A stretch of 64,000 nt of DNA from an uncultured Gemmatimonadales bacterium (GTDB lineage Bacteria > Gemmatimonadota > Gemmatimonadetes > Gemmatimonadales > GWC2-71-9): contig CAWJIM010000004.1 in the NCBI GenBank assembly GCA_963842945.1, positions 1-64,000 on the forward strand, in the 5' to 3' direction. This document shows positions 57,270-64,000 of this stretch, in pieces. Positions within the stretch are counted from its first letter, which is position 1. Each line of letters opens with the position of its first letter. The notes under the pieces are model-generated. The model had not been told where the DNA came from. It did no database searches and saw only the letters and a list, made by a program, of their open reading frames with translations. The position numbers and the translations under genes were made by a program.

Positions 57270-57309
57270 TTGACAGGTGCAAATCTAACTGGTACCGTTG
57301 CACCAGTAA
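57270..57309 (+). promoter_or_regulatory. sigma70-type promoter with overlapping palindrome
   Basis: TTGACA(57270)-N17-TACCGT(57293); ACTGGT-N8-ACCAGT at 57288-57307. Confidence 0.6.
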
Positions 57310-57344
57310 AGGCGGCTATACCGGTGCACCCATTGGAGGCTCTT

Positions 57345-57668
57345 ATGATCGCTCGTACCTGGCGTGGCGCAACCAAGGCAGAAGATGCCGAGCGCTACCT
57401 CGATTACCTGCACCAGACCGGCCTGGCCGAGTATCGGAAGGTCGAGGGGAACCGGGGGGTGCTGGCGCTCCGACGGGTGGCACAGGGGCAAGCCGAATTC
57501 CTGCTGGTATCGCTGTGGGATTCGGAGAGCGCCATCCGGCAGTTTGCCGGGCCGGACATCGACCGGGCGGTGTTCTATCCCGAGGACGAGCAGTTTCTGA
57601 TCGACCGTGACGATCACGTCACCCACTACGAGGTGATCTTTGACTCGGCTCTCGTACCCCAGAGCTAG
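57345..57668 (+). CDS. Antibiotic biosynthesis monooxygenase-like protein
   Basis: MIARTWRG...GNRG...FLLVSLWDS..AIRQFAG.D..RAVFYPED. Confidence 0.85.
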   Translation: MIARTWRGATKAEDAERYLDYLHQTGLAEYRKVEGNRGVLALRRVAQGQAEFLLVSLWDSESAIRQFAGPDIDRAVFYPEDEQFLIDRDDHVTHYEVIFDSALVPQS

Positions 57669-58688
57669 CGAAGCCCCGGCCAAGTGGGCGATGGTCGCCG
57701 CCTTTGGGGCCATCTATCTCTTTTGGGGCGGCACCTTCCTCGCTCTCCGCTACGCCGTAACCGAGGTACCGCCGCTCCTCACCATTGCCACGAGATGCAT
57801 CGGCGGAGCCCTGATTCTGTACGTCTGGCTGGGCGCTCGCCGAAAACTTGGCGCAACTACCGCCGCGCAATGGCTCACCTCGGCGCTCGCCGGTGGGTTC
57901 CTCTTCGTTGGCTGCCATGGCGTACTGGCCTGGGCCGAACAGCGGGTTTCCTCCGGCCAGGCAGCGCTCTACATGAGCGCCATTCCGCTCTGGATGGTGT
58001 TCCTTTCCTCCTGGCGTGAGCGGCGGGTGCCGCCCCGTCTGGTGATCGCGGGCCTGGTCCTGGGAATTGCCGGCGTAGCGCTGCTCACCGGGGGAGACGG
58101 GGCCTGGGCTGGGTCGATGAGCGACCGCCTGGCACTGGTGGGCGCCGACCTCAGTTGGGCTGCCGGATCCCTCATCGCCCGAAACGGACCCAAGCCCCAA
58201 TCCGTGGCCCAGTCAACCGCCATGCAGTTGCTGGCCGGAGGCCTGGTGGTGCTGCTGCTGAGCGCCGCCACGGGCGAGCTTTCCGGCTGGAGCGCCCAGC
58301 AGCTCAGTGCGAGAGGAATAGTCTCGATCGGGTTCCTGGTGTTGTGCGGAACCGTGCTTGGATTCGGGGCGTATACCTGGTTGCTGCAGGTGACCACGCC
58401 GGCCGCGGTAGGACCTACGCTTTCGTGAATCCGATTGTCGCCCTGGCGTTGGCGTGGATCGTGAGAGACGAACCGTTCGCGCTCAGGACGGTACTGGCCG
58501 GAGTGACCGTACTTGCTGGAGTGCTGCTGATCTGGAGAAGCTCGGCGCGGGAGAGTCATTCCCCGGAAACAACGCGTCATCCCGAGCGCGGTAGAGAATC
58601 GGCACTTCGCCGGGTTCTCGCGGCGCTGGAGATGACGCGCTATGCTGACGCTGCAGTTCGGACTACACCCAGGGCAAATCCGGACTGA
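57640..58688 (+). CDS. EamA (YedA-like) transporter; indel near 58412
   Basis: AIYLFWGGTFLA, AEQRVSSGQAAL, AMQLLAGG, GFGAYTWLL; continues TYAFVNPIVALAL in the next frame. Confidence 0.85.
58573..58639. repeat. Second CGTC-type REP-like palindrome, inside the EamA 3' coding region
   Basis: CGCGTCATCCCGAGCGC...GCGCTGGAGATGACGCG, an imperfect hairpin resembling 49028-49092. Confidence 0.65.
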
Positions 58689-59058
58689 GCGCCCGCGGCA
58701 CAATCTGCGTGTTGGCATCGGCCCGGACCAGCAGCGATCCGTTGGAGTGGACGATCGCGTTCAGGATGTCGTAGGTGCCTGGGCCGGGCACCGCCAGGCC
58801 GTCGAGCAGCACTTCCCGGGGCAACGGCTCGCTGTCTCCGTCGGTCAGTACCTCGCGGATCCGGATCGGGCCCATGGTGCAGAAGAAGATTGCACCGATG
58901 TCCGAGTTTGCTGCAGGAATGCGCCAGCCGTCTACCGCGGCGGTGACGCGAATCCCGGTCAGGTCGGCCCGGATCTCCTGGCCGTGCTTGATCTCGGCGT
59001 CGGTCATCCGCTCCCGGAGACGGTAGCTCTGTGAATGGGCAAAGACGCGCGGTTCCAT
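58663..59058 (-). CDS. Hypothetical protein
   Basis: 131-aa ORF with GAGGGG RBS and globular composition. No family recognised. Confidence 0.6.
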   Translation of the reverse strand: MEPRVFAHSQSYRLRERMTDAEIKHGQEIRADLTGIRVTAAVDGWRIPAANSDIGAIFFCTMGPIRIREVLTDGDSEPLPREVLLDGLAVPGPGTYDILNAIVHSNGSLLVRADANTQIVPRALSPDLPWV

Positions 59059-59258
59059 AGGTTCCCCCTCGAGGTGGCCCCTCGCTGTGCCCGAACGGTG
59101 TTCGGGCGTTGGTGGCTGGAGTGCACCTCCACGTTAGGCTTGCGGGCCTGGCTTGTCGGTGGGGATGATGCGGGTCGAACGGTGGGCGGCGTCACCGGGG
59201 GAGTGTAGCAAAAAGGCGGTCTCCCAGTATTTTGGAAAACCCCCTACCGGAAGGCGCA

Positions 59259-59756
59259 ATGCGCTATTTGATCGCCACTGCCACCGTTCTGGCCCTGGTC
59301 GGCTGCGAGAAGCGGACCGAACGCGACGCCATGAGCACGGCAGATTCGGCTGGAACCACCGATACCGTCATGGCCAGGGACACGGCCTCGTCGTCCCCGG
59401 CCCTGACCGCCGTGGCCGACCGCCTGGTCGGTAGCTGGACCGCGAAGGGATACGACGCCGGCTCGAGCCGCGCCCAGCCGTTCAACATCACCTGGAGCCG
59501 GTCTCCCGATGGGAGTCTGGCGGGGATGGTCGCGTTCGAGGGTGGGGAGAAGTACAACGTGAAGATGGTCTCAACCGGCGACAGCACCTTTGTCTACCAG
59601 TCCGATCCGCACCAGAGCCCGACGCTCAAGGCACAGGTGGTAACCCGAACCCGAGCCAAGCTGGTGGGCGACACGCTCAGCGGAAACTACGAGGCCAAAG
59701 CCAAATCCGGTAAGTCACTGAAGGGCCACTTCACGGCCACCAAAGGGTCGCCGTGA
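59259..59756 (+). CDS. Hypothetical lipoprotein (beta-rich)
   Basis: MRYLIATATVLALVGC lipobox; LVGSWTA..., LSGNY. Confidence 0.8.
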   Translation: MRYLIATATVLALVGCEKRTERDAMSTADSAGTTDTVMARDTASSSPALTAVADRLVGSWTAKGYDAGSSRAQPFNITWSRSPDGSLAGMVAFEGGEKYNVKMVSTGDSTFVYQSDPHQSPTLKAQVVTRTRAKLVGDTLSGNYEAKAKSGKSLKGHFTATKGSP

Positions 59757-59775
59757 TTGTGACGCGGCTCACTCT

Positions 59776-62008
59776 TTAACGGCCCTGGCCGGCTGCCGCG
59801 CTGTCTCGGGCCGGAGCCTGCTTCATCCGCACGCTGTCGCCCTGAAGGGGGATCCGTTTCGCCTGAGCCGGAGCCCCCTCCAGCTCGTCCGCGATCCGAT
59901 CCGCCTCGTACACCTTGCGCAGCGCCTCGGTCAAACCGCGGGAGTGCACCGCCACCGCCCGCGCCGACTCATCGGTATAGAGGAACCGGTTGGGCAGCTG
60001 CTCGATGTTGCCGTCGAAGATCAGCCCCACCACCTCGGCGTTCTTGTTGATCACCGGGCTGCCCGAGTTGCCGCCGATGATGTCGTTGGTGGACACGAAA
60101 TCGAGCGGCTGCGACAGGTCGAGCCTGGTCGCGATGGGTCTTCCAGCGCTCCGGCAGCTGGAACGGCGGCTTGTCGTCGAACTCCGCCGAGCGGCCGTAG
60201 AGCCCGTAGAAGGTGGTCTTGTACGGCGCGATGGTGCCGTTCATGGGGTAGCTCTTCACCACGCCGTCGCTGATCCGCAGGCTGAACGTCGCGTCGGGCG
60301 GGAGCGAGCGGCCGTAGGCGGCGAAGATCGCCTGGCCGACCTTCTCCGCGTTGGCCGAGATCACGTCGTTGAGCCGGGCCGCGCGCTGCTGCACCCGCAT
60401 GGCGATCGGATTGAGCTTCCGGGCCAGGACGATCAGCGGATCCTTGGACGCGGCCACCGCCGCGGAGCCGCCCTCGAGCAGCGCGGCCCGGGCCGCCGAG
60501 TCGGCCAGCTTGGTGCCGTTGACCGCGCCTCGGCGGCCACCTCGGGGCTCCGGCCGCCGAGGAAGGCCTTGAGGAACGGATCGTTCTTGGGCAGGTCCTT
60601 GCTCGCCTGGGTGAGCCAGGCCTGGAGCATCTGCTTGTCCTGCTCCGGGTCGGTCGGGGCTTGGGCCCGCAATCGAGCCCCATGATCAGCTCGAGCCCTC
60701 CACCGCGATACTGCGGCAGCCGGAGCGAGTCGGGGAGCTTGGCCTGCTCCGGAACCCGCACGATCCCGCCGGCCGCGTTCAGCAGCGGCGACCCGCTGAA
60801 GCTGTACCAGCGCTGCTGCTTGGCGATGGCGGCCTGCTCCTTCTGCGCGGTGGCGATCGCGTCCCAGCAGGTGCCGTAACGAGCCTTGAGCTTGGGATCG
60901 GCGGCGACGCGGCGGCGGAAGTCGCGCTCGAAGGCGCGCTTCTTGGCCATGAGCGCGGAGTCCTGGAGGCCGGACAGGATAGCCGGTCACCGCCTTCTTC
61001 GAGTTCATCAGGCTGAAGATCTGGTTCTCCAGCGCGCGCCGGGTCTCGTCGTCCCTGCTTCGAGACCTCCTCTCAGGACCGCCAGGTTCCGGTCGTAGGA
61101 GGCGAGCTGGGCCGGATACTGCACGTCGCGGAGGAACTCCATCTGGGCGACGGTGAGCAGCCGGCCGGTGGAGCCGGGGTTGCCGGTGACGAAGACCAGC
61201 TCGCCCTCCTTCGCTCCCGTCGCGCGCTCCACTTCAGGTAGTCCTTGGGCTTGAACGGCTGGCCGTTCTCGTAGACCCGGAGCAGGCTGAGGTCGAGGTC
61301 GTAGCGGGGGTAGGTGAAGTTGTCGGGGTCGCCGCCGAAGAAGCTGATCGCCTCCTCGGGGGCCATGACCAGCCGGAGGTCGTCGAAGCGCTTGAACCGG
61401 TAGAGCGAGTAGATGCCGCCCTGGTAGTAGGAGACCACCTGGCAGGTGAGCGTCGGTCTCCGGTCTCGCAGGCCTTCCTGGATCTGGGCGATGGCGGCGT
61501 TGCGCTGGGCCACCTGTGTCGCGGGTGCCTTCGCCTGTGATCGCGCTCTGAATCTTGTCGGTCACGTCCTCGATCGACTGGAGCTGGTCCACGTAGAGGC
61601 CGGCGCACTTCCGCTCGTCGGCCTGGGTCTTGGCGACGAAGCCGAGCTCCTGGAAGTTCGAGTCGGGGGTGGAGACCGCGGTGATGCACTCGCGGGCGCA
61701 GTGATGGTTGGTCATCACCAGCCCGCTGGAGGACACGAACGAGGCCGAGCAGTTGGGCAGCCGCACCGAGGCGAGGCGGACGTGGTCGAGCCAGGCCTGC
61801 CGGCGGGCGTGAACCCGTAGCGCGCCTTCCAGTAGTCGAGCGGCGGCGCCTCGAAGGTCCACATGGTGCCGAACTCCTTGACGTAGCCGGCCGGGAGCTT
61901 GGCGGTGCCGAGCTCGGTCTGGGAGGTCACCTGGGCCGGCGCGACCCGCGCGGCAACCACAGAGAGGGCGAATGTGCCGATCAGGATCGAAAGTCGTCTA
62001 CCAAACAT
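59776..62008 (-). CDS. S46 family dipeptidyl peptidase (DPP7/11-like), many indels
   Basis: Signal peptide, [62 protein letters not shown]. Confidence 0.88.
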
Positions 62009-62066
62009 GCCATATCCCTCGGAGTGATTGTGACAAGAACCGCGCAGTCAGACTGAACCTTACAGC

Positions 62067-62579
62067 CTACCTGGCCACCGGTATTCGGGGTGGCTTGATA
62101 ACCCCTTCCCGCCCAACGATGCGCCGCAGGATACCGGTCTGTCCGACATGGTACGCTTCATGAAATGCAAGTGAGACCAGCAGGCTGCCTACGGTCTCTT
62201 TCGGGTTTCCTGTCGGGCTGAAGGGGGCCGGCCGGTCCATAGCCTCAGGAGCCAAGCCGTTCAGGCCATTTACCAACGGCTCCTGCAGCGCCCTGAAACG
62301 CCGCTTCAGCTCGTCGAACGCAATGGCGGTCTCAGGCCGGAACGGCTTCCCCCCATTGTCGTCGTAGCTGTCGAACTCCTCCTTCGGAAACATCGGCCTC
62401 TGGCCGAGCAGGGCGAGGGCCTGATTGCGCGAGCGGGTGAGATGTCCCACCAGCCAGTTTAGACAACTGCCACCCGGCTGAGGGTTGATCAGGCTCTCCT
62501 CGTGGGAAATCCCATCCAGGTTCTTCTCCAAGACCCGGCCCGAGATCCCGAATTGATGGGCGATCGTCTTGGTGTGCAT
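62067..62579 (-). CDS. DinB family protein
   Basis: NWLVGHL, FHEAYHVGQ..ILRR. AGAGGAG RBS. Confidence 0.85.
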   Translation of the reverse strand: MHTKTIAHQFGISGRVLEKNLDGISHEESLINPQPGGSCLNWLVGHLTRSRNQALALLGQRPMFPKEEFDSYDDNGGKPFRPETAIAFDELKRRFRALQEPLVNGLNGLAPEAMDRPAPFSPTGNPKETVGSLLVSLAFHEAYHVGQTGILRRIVGREGVIKPPRIPVAR

Positions 62580-62761
62580 AGACTTGATCTCCTCTTGCCA
62601 GGCCGTCCGCATCTGCTCCGCGCGTTGCCAAGATAAGGCATCCGCATCGGCAGGACAGCGGGACCATCGAGTATGACATCAAGGCGGTGAACGACGAAGG
62701 GGGTGTTCGGGGATCAGTGACCGCTGTAACGTAAGCCTTCCATCACAGCCCGGATCATCCC

Positions 62762-64000
62762 GTGACCGACGTTCTTGCCCGGCTCCAGTCCGCGCTTCCC
62801 GGCAACTACCGGGTAGAGCGAGAGCTTGGCCGCGGAGGCATGGCGACGGTCTGGCTGGCCCACGACCTCAAGCACGATCGCCAGGTCGCCATCAAGGTGA
62901 TTCATCCGGAGCTGGCCGAGGCGCTCGGCGACGAACGGTTCCTCCGCGAGATCCGCATCGCCGCCCACCTGCAGCATCCCCACATCCTACCCTGATCGAT
63001 TCCGGCACGAACCCCGCGGCGGAGACACGGCGGGATCTCTCTATTACGTGATGCCGTACGTCGAGGGCGAGACGCTGCGCCAACGGCTCACTCGCGAAGG
63101 CCGGCTTTCACCGGAGGACACCGTCCGGATTCTTGAAGGACGTTCTGGACGCACTGATCCATGCCCACCGCCACGGCATCGTCCATCGCGATCTCAAGCC
63201 GGAGAACATCATGCTGGCCGGCCGCCACGCTCTGGTCATGGACTTCGGGGTCGCCAAGGCGCTGGCCGAGAGTCAGGATCATCCAACCGAGACACTGACC
63301 GCCATGGGCTTTGCCCTGGGCACTCCGGCGTACATGTCGCCCGAGCAGGCGGCGGGACAGTCCAACATCGATGCCCGTTCGGACCTCTACGCCGTCGGAG
63401 TGCTGGGCTACGAGATGCTGAGCGGAAAGCCGCCTTTCACCGGACTGACTCCCCAGGCCATTCTCGCCTCCCAGGTCACCCGGGCACCCGCTTCGCTCGG
63501 TCAGGTACGGCCCGAGCCGCCGCCGGAGCTGGCCGGAATCATCATGCGCTCTCTGGAGAAGGACCCGGAGCAGCGCTGGAGCTCAGCCGAGGAGATGCTG
63601 TCCCGGCTGGAACAGCTCTCAGTGATCCGAGGCGGCCGGCTCCGGAAGCCGCTGCTGGCTGGGGCAGTGATGTTGCCGCTGCTGATTGCCGCCGGATGGT
63701 TCGGCTGGGCCAAGCCCTCTCGGGAGCGGCATTGGGTACGCGGAGGAAGCCATTCCGCGGATGCTGGCCTTGAGCGAGGCCGGCGAAAACGAGAAGACCT
63801 ACAACCTCGCACGCCGAGTCGAGGCAGTGGCGCCGGACGATTCCCTGTACAACGTTCTGCGCTCCCGGTTCGTCCGCCCGGTCAGCATACGGACCGTCCC
63901 GGCCGGCGCCGAGGTGTTCCGGAAGGACTACGGCGCGCCGGACTCCACCTGGATTCCGCTGGGACGCACTCCGCTCGAACGGGCGATTCTGTCCTGGGCT
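62762..64000 (+). CDS. Hanks-type Ser/Thr kinase, multidomain, with indels; runs off the window end
   Basis: ERELGRGGMATVWLAHDLKHDRQVAIK, ERFLREI, HRDLKPEN (about 63184), DFGVAKA, GTPAYMSPEQ. Confidence 0.85.

Noticed and set aside
14055..64000. Many split genes (uvrD-exo, ligD, DUF72, DUF3618, DUF892, kinases, MFS, EamA, S46) as pseudogenes or programmed frameshifts
   Set aside because: The breaks are isolated 1-nt indels, often in short homopolymers, with intact catalytic motifs and no decay pattern. Sequencing error is the simpler explanation. Reads are needed to confirm.

Overview
GC-rich bacterial DNA, most consistent with a Gemmatimonadota-like genome. This assignment is an inference from three Hanks-type kinases (two with the ERELGRGGMATV...ERFLREI signature) and a small LEERLDFTERLL-type membrane protein. 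At least a dozen genes carry isolated 1-nt indels, which suggests an imperfectly polished long-read assembly. The first ~1.76 kb (cupin, Vps62-like gene, rpmJ, 5' half of rpsM) looks like different, Actinobacteria-like DNA joined in frame to a 5'-truncated ATP-grasp gene, so it is probably a chimeric join. The rest holds: an ATP-grasp ligase coupled to a poly-zinc-ribbon zincin peptidase; AlaX; a short sigma70; UdgX; a dynamin-like GTPase; rpsU; a divergent, expanded NHEJ locus (ligD - alpha/beta hydrolase - UvrD with an embedded DEDDh exonuclease on one side, ku - MerR/TPR - DUF72 on the other); a general-stress cluster (DUF3618, holin-like, DUF892, YihY); an 885-aa coiled-coil protein; a RES-Xre toxin-antitoxin pair; an Lhr helicase; a second ATP-dependent ligase; a TetR/CGNR-flanked detoxification-efflux cluster; and an S46 peptidase. 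Non-coding signals include four sigma54-like promoters, TANNNT-N6-ATG leaderless-like starts on repair genes, several operator palindromes, a 28-bp heptamer-built inverted repeat, a GGGGCAGC array and two CGTC-type REP-like palindromes, one inside a coding region. No rRNA, tRNA, CRISPR array or transposase was seen. The best candidate for an undescribed system is the expanded NHEJ locus at 14055-22969.
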